Of a DNA stretch of 64,000 bases, positions 1 through 9,153 are shown piece after piece; the first letter of the stretch is position 1, and every line of letters starts with the position of its first letter. A program made the translations under genes and the position numbers. The stretch is from Bacteroidetes bacterium CG12_big_fil_rev_8_21_14_0_65_60_17 (GTDB taxonomy: Bacteria > Bacteroidota > Rhodothermia > Rhodothermales > UBA10348). The notes beneath the pieces were generated by a model, which had not been told where the DNA came from, searched no databases, and was given only the letters and a program-made list of their open reading frames with translations. The stretch covers positions 30,973 through 94,972 of the forward strand of contig PCUY01000072.1 in NCBI GenBank assembly GCA_002787815.1, in the 5' to 3' direction.

Positions 1-89
1 TGCTGGAGGGCGATTACACGCCTGGCTCGTACACCGTAAAACTGAATGGGCGTACACATACGTTCGTCGTGTCGGAGCCCCGGTCATGA
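1..89 (+). CDS. 3' end of an upstream gene (partial, product unknown)
   Basis: Frame 3 is open from the window edge (LEGDYTPGSYTVKLNGRTHTFVVSEPRS*) with GC-rich third codon positions. The TGA at 87-89 overlaps the next ATG (ATGA at 86-89), as in translationally coupled genes. Confidence 0.4.
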   Translation, partial: LEGDYTPGSYTVKLNGRTHTFVVSEPRS

Positions 90-931
90 ACCGTGCGCGC
101 AACATGTCCGTGCGACTGGCAGTTGTTTTATTGCCCACCATGCTTCTGGCCGCTGGTCTGAACCGGTCCGGTGCACCGGCTTTCTCAACAGGAGCCCCGG
201 GGGAGGGCACGTGTGCGGCGTGTCATACCGGAAATCCGGTCAATTCTCCCGACGGCTCCCTGCATCTGGTTTCCGAGTCAACCTATGCGCCGGGAGAGAC
301 GTTGGATGTGACCGTTCGTGTCGCCCATCCGGACGCAGCGCGGTTCGGTTTCCAGATCACAGCACAGGACATGTCGGGGACTCCCGTGGGAACGTTCGAC
401 GTATCGGGTCAGAACGTGCAACTGGCACTGGGCAGCCCCGATCACGTTACGCATGCCCCGGCGGCAGACAGCAACGGGGAATTCGAGTGGGTCGTACCGT
501 GGCAGGCGCCCATCGAGGGTGCTGGTGAGGTCACATTCTATGCGGCGGCCAATGCGGCCAATGCCGATTTCACGTCATCGGGCGACTTCATCTACACGAC
601 AGCGCATCCGGTCGCGCAGGGCGCTGCAACAGGGACAGACCGGGTGGAAGATGCTGTACCGGTCGGCTTCAGACCGGGGCCGGCTTATCCCAATCCCGTG
701 GTATCACATGCACGGTTGACCATTCCGATAGAGGGCCGGCCCCGCGGTTCAATCACACTCACCCTCGTCGATTTGGCTGGTCGGGTTGTGCGCACGGCAG
801 CCACGGATGACGCAAAAGGATTTGATTCCAATTTCCAGCTGCATACGGCCGGCCTTACACCCGGCATGTACTTTGCCCGGATAGGTGATGGCAGAAGCGA
901 ATACTCAATACCATTCATGGTGGCCCGATAG
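86..931 (+). CDS. secreted protein with one CxxCH haem-c motif and a T9SS-type C-terminal sorting domain
   Basis: Signal peptide (VRLAVVLLPTMLLAAG). GEGTCAACHTGNP contains CAACH. The C-terminal ~80 aa (AYPNPVVSHARLTI...LVDLAGRVV...GMYFARIGDG...FMVAR) looks like a Bacteroidota T9SS CTD. Confidence 0.75.
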   Translation: MNRARNMSVRLAVVLLPTMLLAAGLNRSGAPAFSTGAPGEGTCAACHTGNPVNSPDGSLHLVSESTYAPGETLDVTVRVAHPDAARFGFQITAQDMSGTPVGTFDVSGQNVQLALGSPDHVTHAPAADSNGEFEWVVPWQAPIEGAGEVTFYAAANAANADFTSSGDFIYTTAHPVAQGAATGTDRVEDAVPVGFRPGPAYPNPVVSHARLTIPIEGRPRGSITLTLVDLAGRVVRTAATDDAKGFDSNFQLHTAGLTPGMYFARIGDGRSEYSIPFMVAR

Positions 932-934
932 GAG

Positions 935-3805
935 TCACGGCCTGTTCTGGCTCCTTCTCAGCGAATCCTGCATGTCGTAGATCATTTTCAGGTCTTCCGG
1001 GGTCTGACGGATTGACGAGTCCCCGACGACATCGGCAATCATGTTCGTAAGCCGTGACGCCCCGTCAAAGTTGCCGGACAGCATGTAGGCCGCTCTGACC
1101 ATCTCGATAAGGCTTCCGAGACGCCGGAATTCCCTGTCTGTCATGGAGTCGGTCCGGGCCAACTGATGCATGATCAATGGCTCGGCTTTCTCGAAAATGG
1201 CATTTGCTTTTTCGTTCTCACCCAGATCACGATAAGCCTGCGCCATGAAGATGAAGGAGGTTTCATCGCCTGGAATGGTTTCGAACGGGACCTGCTCCAT
1301 GAACCAATCCAGCAGTTCCGCTCCACGCTGCTTTTCACCCATTTCGGCCAGTTGGGAGGCGGTATTGGAAAAGATGTTGCGGTAGTTGTCTACCATACGA
1401 CGGATGTTTTCGTCGAAGTACACGTCCGGATCATTCAGTCCCGTGAAGCGGAACTGTTTCAAGCGGGCATCGGTCAGTCCAGGCACGACACGTCCCATGG
1501 TTTCGTCATGCCTGATCGGTACAATGCGGTAAGCCTGACCCTCGAGCTGGAAGAAATCCTGAAGGTCGAGCTGTCCGCTGGGCGCAACGGTCACCGCGAA
1601 GTAGATGGGCCGTTTCCAGTTCTGCTGCGCATTGGTCATGATCATATTGAGAGCGACCTGATCTGCACCATAGAGCAGGTTTCTGTCCTGCGTATACGGT
1701 CTGCCCTCAAGACGCCATCGCATGGGTGACTCAAAACGGGACGTGTCTTCGAGCAGTCCGGGAATTCCGGCTTCCTCATAGGCCGTTGCCAGCGCCTCCC
1801 TGTTGACCGGGATTTCGAGTTCCCTCGGGGTCCACAAGTCGATTCGCAGGTCGTCGATAGCCTCTTCCGGGAGGGAAATGGGGAGCGGTTCCGACGTCCT
1901 GGAATACTGATTCTTCAATTGCCGGACATACCACGGCGTATTGAGCAGTGACAGATTCGCCACCCGGACATCCTGCCGTACACCTTCGACCTCCTGCATG
2001 TACCACAGAGGAAACGTGTCATTGTCACCGTTTGTGAGCAGAATGGCATTGTCATCCACACTCATCAGCATGTTGTACGCGTAATCTCCTGCGACGTACC
2101 GGCCACTCCTGTCGTGGTCGTCAAAGTTTTCCAGCATCATGAGCAAGGGTACCGCAGCGAACAGGATGGCCGAAGCTCCTACGGCAGCCGTTCTTACCCC
2201 CGGTTCGGAAAACCGGTCGGCGAGTGTATCGACCAGCATGCGGACAAGCCCTGTGGCCCCCAGTCCTATCCAGATGGAAAAGGCGAAGAAACTGGCCACG
2301 TATGAATAGTCCCGTTCCCGGGGTTGGAAGGGGGTCTGGTTCAGGTACAGGATAATCCCGATTCCCGTGACGAAGAACAATACACCCACGGCGAATGCCC
2401 TGCGCCAGTCACGCATGAAGTGAAAGGCCAGGCCGATCAACCCCAGCAGGAGGGGAAGCCCGTAGTAGGCGTTCCGACTGGCCCATTCACTTGGTGTCTG
2501 GTAAAAATAATCGGCGTCCTCCCTCTTGGAAAAACCGGTTATGGCCGGAGCATCCTGCGTGTCATTGGCGCGTCCCACGAAATTCCACAGGAAATACCGG
2601 ACATACATATGTCCGACCTGGTACTTCCAGAAAAACTCGGCATCTGACTTGTATTGGCGATACACCCGTACGTGATTCGGGTCCGGACTGTACCTGCGCG
2701 GAAAAAGGACCTCCTTGCGGGTATTGATGGTGCCCAATTGGTTGTCGTACGTATTCCCGGTCAGAATGGGCGTATTGCCATACTGTTCACGCTTGAGATA
2801 GGAGACAATGGCGCTGACGGTTTCCGGATCGTTTTCATCGATGGGTGGATCCGATGCACTGCGAATAAAAATCAGTGCATAACTGGAGTATCCTATGAGG
2901 ACCATGGTTACGCACAACATGATCAGGTTGGCTGCCTGATAGCCCCGGGCATGCGTGTACCATACCAGAAAAGCGATGGTGCCGATGAATGCCACCAACA
3001 TGAAGACAGGAGCGCCGCTCTCCCCGATGATACCAGGAAGAAGCTGCACGACACCGGGATACACCACGAGAAAGCCCGCAACGGCAACGGCACCCGTTGC
3101 CGCCAGTCCAAGGAAGCGCTGGAATGGCGTCCAATCCGGGTTTTCGAACTCGAAAAAGAATACGATCAGCGCGACAAAAAATATGGCAAGCAGATTGAGG
3201 AGATGCACACCGATTGCCAGTCCGAACAGATAGGCGATCAGAATCAGATATCTGTTTGTGGCCAGCCCGAAACGATGCTGGCCGCCAGTCAGGCGTTCCT
3301 CTTCAAGCGCTGCCTCTTCTCGCCATTTCATGACAAGCCACACGACCAGAGCCGTGAAGAGCATGGACATGGCATAGACTTCAGCCTCAACGGCGTTGAA
3401 CCAGAACGAATCCGTGACGGCGAACGTGGTGGCTCCAATCACGCCCCCTGCCAAGGCGGCAATGCGGTCCAGCGGGGACCACGTCTGCGGGGGACCTTGC
3501 CACTCGCGAACCAGACGTACAATGATGAGATGGAGAAGCACCACAGTCACGGCACTCGAAAGCACCGACACCATGTTCACGGACAGCGCAATGTAGGCCG
3601 TTGGCACGAACATGGAAAAAAGCCGGCCAACGAGCATGTAGAAGGGTGCGCCGGGAGGATGCGAGACCTGCAGCCGGTTCGCGATGGCAATGAACTCACC
3701 CGAATCCCAGAAGGAGGTGGCTGGAGCTACGGTCAGTACGTAGAGGACAAGCGCATACAGGAAGACAGCGGCTGCTGTGAGTCGGTCTGATCTGTTCCAG
3801 TCCAT
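935..3805 (-). CDS. DUF2723 / GT-C-like polytopic membrane glycosyltransferase-family protein
   Basis: I trimmed the 1009-aa ORF to the ATG at 3805 (MDWNRSDRLTAAAVFLY...). The N-terminal SFWDSGEFIAIANRLQVSHPPGAPFYMLVGRLF, the many TM helices and the soluble helical C-terminus are typical of DUF2723 proteins. Confidence 0.8.
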   Translation of the reverse strand: MDWNRSDRLTAAAVFLYALVLYVLTVAPATSFWDSGEFIAIANRLQVSHPPGAPFYMLVGRLFSMFVPTAYIALSVNMVSVLSSAVTVVLLHLIIVRLVREWQGPPQTWSPLDRIAALAGGVIGATTFAVTDSFWFNAVEAEVYAMSMLFTALVVWLVMKWREEAALEEERLTGGQHRFGLATNRYLILIAYLFGLAIGVHLLNLLAIFFVALIVFFFEFENPDWTPFQRFLGLAATGAVAVAGFLVVYPGVVQLLPGIIGESGAPVFMLVAFIGTIAFLVWYTHARGYQAANLIMLCVTMVLIGYSSYALIFIRSASDPPIDENDPETVSAIVSYLKREQYGNTPILTGNTYDNQLGTINTRKEVLFPRRYSPDPNHVRVYRQYKSDAEFFWKYQVGHMYVRYFLWNFVGRANDTQDAPAITGFSKREDADYFYQTPSEWASRNAYYGLPLLLGLIGLAFHFMRDWRRAFAVGVLFFVTGIGIILYLNQTPFQPRERDYSYVASFFAFSIWIGLGATGLVRMLVDTLADRFSEPGVRTAAVGASAILFAAVPLLMMLENFDDHDRSGRYVAGDYAYNMLMSVDDNAILLTNGDNDTFPLWYMQEVEGVRQDVRVANLSLLNTPWYVRQLKNQYSRTSEPLPISLPEEAIDDLRIDLWTPRELEIPVNREALATAYEEAGIPGLLEDTSRFESPMRWRLEGRPYTQDRNLLYGADQVALNMIMTNAQQNWKRPIYFAVTVAPSGQLDLQDFFQLEGQAYRIVPIRHDETMGRVVPGLTDARLKQFRFTGLNDPDVYFDENIRRMVDNYRNIFSNTASQLAEMGEKQRGAELLDWFMEQVPFETIPGDETSFIFMAQAYRDLGENEKANAIFEKAEPLIMHQLARTDSMTDREFRRLGSLIEMVRAAYMLSGNFDGASRLTNMIADVVGDSSIRQTPEDLKMIYDMQDSLRRSQNRP

Positions 3806-3879
3806 GCGGGCAGAAAATGCGTGGGGGTGAGGATGGTTTGGGCGACAGATCCCGTGAACGCGGCCCGGATTGTATTGAT

Positions 3880-4611
3880 TCAGGGCGGATCGCTTCCGGA
3901 GTTGTCCGTACGGCCAAGGGCCTTCCGGCCGCTGAAGCGGGAAGAGGCCAGCACCACAACGCATTCTCCTTTCAATGGTCGTGTGGTTGCGTGGGCGCTG
4001 AGCTCGGCGACGCTGCCGCGCAGGTATTCCTCGAACTTCTTGCTGATTTCCCGCGCAATGACCAGCTGACGATTGGGGCCGCAGGCGTCGCCGAGCTCTT
4101 TCAGCAGCTTGCCGATCCGGTGGGGCGATTCATAGAGCACCACCGTACAGTCCATGTCGGCAAGCTGCTGAAGCCGGGTGCGGCGGCCTTTCCTCGGCGG
4201 CAGGAAGCCCTCATACAGGAAGCGGTCGGTCGGCAGGCCACTGGCTGCAAGAGCCGTCGCAAAGGCCGCCGCACCCGGCAGCGCCTCCACGCGGAGGCCG
4301 GCCTCGACGGTGCTTCGGACGAGCAGGTATCCGGGGTCTGAGATGCCGGGCATTCCGGCGTCCGTGATCAGGGCGATTCTACGTCCATCCCGCATCTGCT
4401 CTACCAGATGGATGGCCTTCCGATGCTCGTTGTGCGCGTGAAAACTGGTTTTGGGCGTGGTGATGTCGTAGTGGGAGAGCAACACGCCGGAGGTACGTGT
4501 ATCCTCACACGCAATCAGGTCCACTTCGGCAAGTGTTCTGATGGCCCGCAGTGTGATGTCTTCAAGGTTGCCGATGGGAGTCGGCACCAGGAACAGGGAC
4601 GGTGATGGCAT
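3880..4611 (-). CDS. rsmI: 16S rRNA (cytidine1402-2'-O)-methyltransferase
   Basis: LFLVPTPIGNLEDITLRAIRTLAEVDLIACEDTR and GISDPGY motifs; the length is typical of RsmI. Confidence 0.9.
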   Translation of the reverse strand: MPSPSLFLVPTPIGNLEDITLRAIRTLAEVDLIACEDTRTSGVLLSHYDITTPKTSFHAHNEHRKAIHLVEQMRDGRRIALITDAGMPGISDPGYLLVRSTVEAGLRVEALPGAAAFATALAASGLPTDRFLYEGFLPPRKGRRTRLQQLADMDCTVVLYESPHRIGKLLKELGDACGPNRQLVIAREISKKFEEYLRGSVAELSAHATTRPLKGECVVVLASSRFSGRKALGRTDNSGSDPP

Positions 4612-4649
4612 GGGCTCAGCGGTGGTTCATGGGCTCAGCGGTGGTTCAT
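4612..4649. repeat. perfect 19-bp tandem duplication (gggctcagcggtggttcat x2) at the lptF-like/rsmI junction
   Basis: Read directly: 4612-4630 equals 4631-4649. On the minus strand each unit reads ATGAACCACCGCTGAGCCC (M-N-H-R-stop + GCCC), which is the last codons and stop of the upstream permease gene. Confidence 0.95.
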
Positions 4650-6107
4650 CGGCGTGAAAAGGGAGAGCGTGTGCCGAGCCCAGTGGCCCAGGCGGGCCCA
4701 GGGTGAAACAGCAGCCCGCAGGTCCAGCCATACGAACAGCGTCATGGCAAGTCCAAGGATGGCTGTCACGATATTGGCCAGCCACATTCCCAGCCAGGGA
4801 TCCATCAGACCGCGATCGGCAAATTTCTCACCGTTTGCGAGCGAGACCCAGTGGAACATGAAAATAGCCAGCGCTACCACGGCCGACGTGCCCAGTCCCC
4901 CACGTCGGATGGACAGCCCAAGCGGAGCACCGAGAATCATGAACAGAAAACAGGACAGAGCCATGGAGTACTTCTTGTGTATCTCGACCGTGTAGCGGTC
5001 CGCCCGTTCCGATGTGAACCGGACGGTACGGTGTCCCGAATCTATGCTGGTACGGAGCGCACGGGCGGTTTCACGGGCCGTTTCCAGCAGCAGGGCGCGG
5101 CCCGTGGAATCGGCCTCGGAAGGCTCAATCGGCGCCGGGAAAGCATTTCCGACATCCCGGCCACGCAGCAGAAGCCTACCCTGTGATGATCGCTGCCAGG
5201 CCTGGTCACTGAGTGTTCCATCTCCAAGCCTCAGGACCTGTTCAGCCAGTTCGTTCTTCTTGGCGCGTGCGGTCTGGTGGAGACTGTCGACCAGGGCAAT
5301 CATGGCCGATGACGGCATGGTCCTGTCATTCCGGTTTACCTGGTTTGGATCGGTTCGGCGAAAATCCAGATCGTCGAGCGAAATACGAAGCAGTTGTCGG
5401 TCGAACGACATACGCTCGTAGCGGTCGGGAACGGTTCCGGAACCCGGTCGCGGCCTGTGTACTTCCCCGTCGAAGAGCGTCAGCAGCAGCATGCGCCCGT
5501 TGTTCCGGGTTTGCAGTAACCCCCGCTCCGCCGTGATGTCTGTACGGAAGCGGACGCCGGAAGAGTAATCGTAGAGCGTCACGCCATACAATTCATTTGG
5601 ATTCTCTTCCGGAATATGCCGGACGAGCATGCGGTAGTTGTCAATTCCGTCGTACACGACGCCTGCCCGCAGGTCGAAGCCGGGTTTTGCTTCCCGGATG
5701 TTTTTCCAGAGCGTGAACGCCCGGAAATTGGCCTCCGGATGAATCTGCGTATTGAAAACCCACATACCACCCGAGAGCAGCATTCCCACGATCCACACCG
5801 GCCAGACGAGTTGTACGAAGCTGACGCCGGATCCCCGTATCACGGTCCAGGCCTGGGTCTCGGCAAGACGGCCAAATGCCATGAGCGTGGAAATGAGGGC
5901 AGCCATGGGTACAGCCAGTACCAGCATGTATGCCAGGTTGTACGAGATGAGTTCAAAAATCACGCGGACGGGGAGGCCCTTCCCAACGAGCTGCGGTAGG
6001 TACTTGATCAGGAACTGCATGACAAGCAGGAACAGCAGCACGAGAAGCCACGCCACGAACGGGCCCGGCAGCATGCGGAGCATCATCTTGTGAAACTGTT
6101 TCGTCAT
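4635..6107 (-). CDS. LptF/LptG-family (YjgP/YjgQ) LPS export permease
   Basis: N-terminus MTKQFHKMMLRMLPGPFVAWLLVLLFLLVMQFL, six predicted TM helices and a large periplasmic insert. Start set at the ATG at 6107 rather than the ORF-track 6140. Confidence 0.8.
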   Translation of the reverse strand: MTKQFHKMMLRMLPGPFVAWLLVLLFLLVMQFLIKYLPQLVGKGLPVRVIFELISYNLAYMLVLAVPMAALISTLMAFGRLAETQAWTVIRGSGVSFVQLVWPVWIVGMLLSGGMWVFNTQIHPEANFRAFTLWKNIREAKPGFDLRAGVVYDGIDNYRMLVRHIPEENPNELYGVTLYDYSSGVRFRTDITAERGLLQTRNNGRMLLLTLFDGEVHRPRPGSGTVPDRYERMSFDRQLLRISLDDLDFRRTDPNQVNRNDRTMPSSAMIALVDSLHQTARAKKNELAEQVLRLGDGTLSDQAWQRSSQGRLLLRGRDVGNAFPAPIEPSEADSTGRALLLETARETARALRTSIDSGHRTVRFTSERADRYTVEIHKKYSMALSCFLFMILGAPLGLSIRRGGLGTSAVVALAIFMFHWVSLANGEKFADRGLMDPWLGMWLANIVTAILGLAMTLFVWLDLRAAVSPWARLGHWARHTLSLFTPMNHR

Positions 6108-6145
6108 GTTCGCGTGGCAGCACCCGGAAACAACACCCAAGATAG

Positions 6146-6790
6146 ATGACAGTTCGCTCCTTTACGTGCAACCCTTTCCAAACCAATGGTTATCTGGTGG
6201 ATGCGGACGGGGAGGTGGTCGTGATTGACCCTTCCTGCATGACGGATGAGGAAATCAACCACGTCGTACGACTTGTTGAGATCGCCGGAGGCGCACTTAC
6301 GGCCATTCTGCTTACGCACGCCCACATCGATCACATCTTCGGAGTACAGGCGCTGGTGGACCGGTACGGTGTCGATGTACATGTCCATGGCGCGGACGAG
6401 CCGCTGCTGTCCAGAGCGGCGGAGCAGGCGGCACTTTTCGGTATGGATCTGACCGAACCCAGAGGGCCATTTACACCGCTCGTGCCCGGCGTCCCGCTCC
6501 GTGTTGGAGACCGGACGTGGGACGTGCTGCACACACCGGGGCACTCGCCGGGCTCCGTGACGTTCGTGGACCAGACGGAACGCATGGCCTTCAGCGGCGA
6601 TGTACTTTTCATGGACTCCATTGGTCGCACGGATCTTTGGCAGGGATCATTGCCCATTCTGATGGAGTCCATTTTTCAGCAGCTGGCCCCACTCGGAAGC
6701 GATATGCAGATTTTTCCAGGCCATGGAGACGTGACAACGGTGGGCCGAGAACTGGCCATGAATCCGTTCCTCACGGACTCTGCAGCCTGA
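6146..6790 (+). CDS. MBL-fold metallo-hydrolase (glyoxalase II-like)
   Basis: LLTHAHIDHIFG (HxHxDH), HTPGHSPGS and GHG motifs; 214 aa. Confidence 0.85.
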   Translation: MTVRSFTCNPFQTNGYLVDADGEVVVIDPSCMTDEEINHVVRLVEIAGGALTAILLTHAHIDHIFGVQALVDRYGVDVHVHGADEPLLSRAAEQAALFGMDLTEPRGPFTPLVPGVPLRVGDRTWDVLHTPGHSPGSVTFVDQTERMAFSGDVLFMDSIGRTDLWQGSLPILMESIFQQLAPLGSDMQIFPGHGDVTTVGRELAMNPFLTDSAA

Positions 6791-6808
6791 TTTTCCGGTG
6801 CCGGTCCA

Positions 6809-7876
6809 TCAGGAGATACCAAGGGGTGTCGTGGCCGGTTGTCTACCCTCGGCGAGTCGCATGATGGAGTGGTATACCAACTCGCCCATCGTATCGCACG
6901 CGGCAAACACATTGTTTTGATAATGGTCGGCCAGTTGCGAGCCAAGACGCGTCACGTACTCGTCAGATGAAATGATGTCTTCTCGCATGACGTCCATGAG
7001 GGCGTCGAAACGACCATGCGAAACGCGGACGCGACTGGCAATGAGGCTCCGTTCCTCTTTCTGGTACTGCAGCACGTTTGCGGGTGCCAGGGCTTTCACT
7101 GTCAGATTGACGAACGTCTCATTCTGTTGAAAGAACTGGGGCAGATAGACTTCCTTGCGCCAGTGATGACTCTGCTGGTCAAAATCTATCGGGTGTATGC
7201 GGAAGTGCCACTTCTTGAAGTCACGTGTGAGCTCGACGACGAAATTTCCCGCGTGCATGTCTCCCAGCAGCGAGACGAAGCATCGCTCGTTGAACTTCAC
7301 GAACTCCTTCGCCAGACGAACCGTGTCAAAGTCTGAAATCCGGATATTCTCCCTCAGAAACGCATCGGCAGGTATACCGATGATGTGCTCCTCGATGATG
7401 GTCTTTCCGTGGATGAAATAGTTCAGCCTGTTGGGAGAGAGGATATGCTCGAGTTCCAGTCCGTAAATCCTGTTCGAATCGATCCTTTTTACATAGAAAT
7501 AGTCAAAGTTTTCGTTGATACTGTTTACGACCCTGACGCGAAAGGGCAGCGTATTTCCGTGGTTGCACAGATCCACGCGGTCAATGAACAGGTGTTCAAC
7601 GATGGAGATATCACCATCGGCCTTCAGGATGGCATAGGCCTCGAGAAGAGCGGCATGGATTTCCCGCCGTTCGCCGTCACTGAAAAATACTGTGGACCAG
7701 AGCGTGTCCTGCCCCTCTTCATCATAGACGGCAACGGCACTCGTATATCGCTGCAGGTCCTCGTATCGAATGCTGTTCGGCCAGATGCGACCGTAGCGCG
7801 AAAGGTAGGACCGGAGAAAATCCGATACCGGATAGGACGTTTTCTTTTTGGATATGAGGTGGGCCATGGGCTTCAC
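6809..7876 (-). CDS. conserved hypothetical protein with a protein-kinase-like catalytic signature
   Basis: LLGDMHAGNFVV (D-x4-N catalytic-loop-like) is followed 25 residues later by IDFD (Mg-binding-like), with an upstream FYVKRI lysine. GTG start at 7876 or ATG at 7867. The gene looks locally more AT-rich than its neighbours. Confidence 0.55.
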   Translation of the reverse strand: MKPMAHLISKKKTSYPVSDFLRSYLSRYGRIWPNSIRYEDLQRYTSAVAVYDEEGQDTLWSTVFFSDGERREIHAALLEAYAILKADGDISIVEHLFIDRVDLCNHGNTLPFRVRVVNSINENFDYFYVKRIDSNRIYGLELEHILSPNRLNYFIHGKTIIEEHIIGIPADAFLRENIRISDFDTVRLAKEFVKFNERCFVSLLGDMHAGNFVVELTRDFKKWHFRIHPIDFDQQSHHWRKEVYLPQFFQQNETFVNLTVKALAPANVLQYQKEERSLIASRVRVSHGRFDALMDVMREDIISSDEYVTRLGSQLADHYQNNVFAACDTMGELVYHSIMRLAEGRQPATTPLGIS

Positions 7877-7900
7877 AGTGGCCGGGCCGTGCAGGACGCG

Positions 7901-9040
7901 TCAGACAACCGCCTGTTCCAGAATTCGTTCGTAGTAGGCCTCGTAGCGGGGGATGATTCGTGAGAGATCGAATTCGTCGACGGCCCGCTTGCGTGCGGCA
8001 GCAGACATGGAGGCCTGCAACTCGGGATTGTCCAACAGCTGCATGGCACATGCGGCGTAGGCATCGATATCGCCAAGTGGTCTCAGAAAGCCTGTTTCGC
8101 CCTCAACGACAAGCTCCGGCAAGCCACCGATATTGGATGCTATGACAGGGACGCCGCAGGACATGGCTTCAAGCGCAGCAAGCCCGAACGTTTCCGAGCC
8201 CGACGGAATGAGGAAAATATCCGTAATGGCCAGGATTTCCTCTACCGGTTCCTGTTTCCCGAGAAATCGGATATCGTCCACTACACCGAGTTCGCGGGCC
8301 TTGTGTTCGGCTGCAGCCCTGTCAGGGCCATCGCCAACGAGAAGCAGCTTCGTCGCGTATCCGGCCGCCCGGACACGGTGGAAAATTTCGACGACTTCCG
8401 TTGCGCGCTTGACAGGTCTGAAGTTGGACACGTGAGCGAGGAGTTTCTCTCCGTTCGGACAGAGGGCCTGCTTGAAATGGTCTTTCTCCAGGGGGCGGAA
8501 TCGGGTGGTGTCGATGAAGTTGGGAATGACCTCGATGTCGGCCGTGATTTCGCAGCACGTGCAGGTCTCCTTTTTGAGGTATTCGGATACCGCCGTGACA
8601 CCGTCCGATTGGTTGATGGAGTAGTTCACAACAGGCGCAAAGGACGGATCCTGACCGATAAGCGTGATGTCGGTGCCGTGCAGGGTGGTTACAATCGGCA
8701 CGTGATGTCCGGAAACAGCCAGTATCTGTCGCGCCAACACGGCGCTCGTTGCATGGGGAATGGCATAGTGCATATGCAGGAGGTCCAGCTCCTCATGCCG
8801 TGCCACATCTACGAGCTTGGAAGTGAGATTGAGTGTGTAGGGAGGATATTCAAAGAGTGGGTACGCATTTACATTCACTTCGTGAAAAGTGATGTTGTCC
8901 TGTATGTGCCCCAGACGAAAGGGCAGCGAGTATGCGATGAAATGGATGTCATGCCCGCGGACAGCCAGGGCTTTTCCCAGTTCCGTGGCTACGACGCCAC
9001 TTCCGCCATAGACCGGATAACACGTAATGCCGATTTTCAT
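7901..9040 (-). CDS. bshA: N-acetyl-alpha-D-glucosaminyl L-malate synthase (bacillithiol biosynthesis GT4 glycosyltransferase)
   Basis: MKIGITCYPVYGGSGVVATELGKALAVRGHDIHFI... and the C-terminal GT4 motif (PSGSETFGLAALEAMSCGVPVIAS). Start trimmed to the ATG at 9040. Confidence 0.8.
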   Translation of the reverse strand: MKIGITCYPVYGGSGVVATELGKALAVRGHDIHFIAYSLPFRLGHIQDNITFHEVNVNAYPLFEYPPYTLNLTSKLVDVARHEELDLLHMHYAIPHATSAVLARQILAVSGHHVPIVTTLHGTDITLIGQDPSFAPVVNYSINQSDGVTAVSEYLKKETCTCCEITADIEVIPNFIDTTRFRPLEKDHFKQALCPNGEKLLAHVSNFRPVKRATEVVEIFHRVRAAGYATKLLLVGDGPDRAAAEHKARELGVVDDIRFLGKQEPVEEILAITDIFLIPSGSETFGLAALEAMSCGVPVIASNIGGLPELVVEGETGFLRPLGDIDAYAACAMQLLDNPELQASMSAAARKRAVDEFDLSRIIPRYEAYYERILEQAVV

Positions 9041-9153
9041 GATAGCGCCCGAGCGCACGCGGCGCCCCGAGTGAAGTAATCAAAAAGCGAAGGACTCAAA
9101 ACCAGAGGGACAAACTCGCGTACCACGGTCATGTTGCACACCCACACAAGCCC

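Noticed and set aside
2654-3790. Long ORFs antisense to or overlapping confident genes: 2654-3790, 8303-9079, 12737-13444, 23519-24589, 38612-39643, 39749-40708, 45954-46970, 55848-56870, 57326-58147, and the 5' two-thirds of 62142-63170
   Set aside because: These are typical high-GC shadow ORFs. Their translations are Arg/Gly/Pro/His-rich and low-complexity with no motifs, and each lies opposite a gene with clear family signatures.
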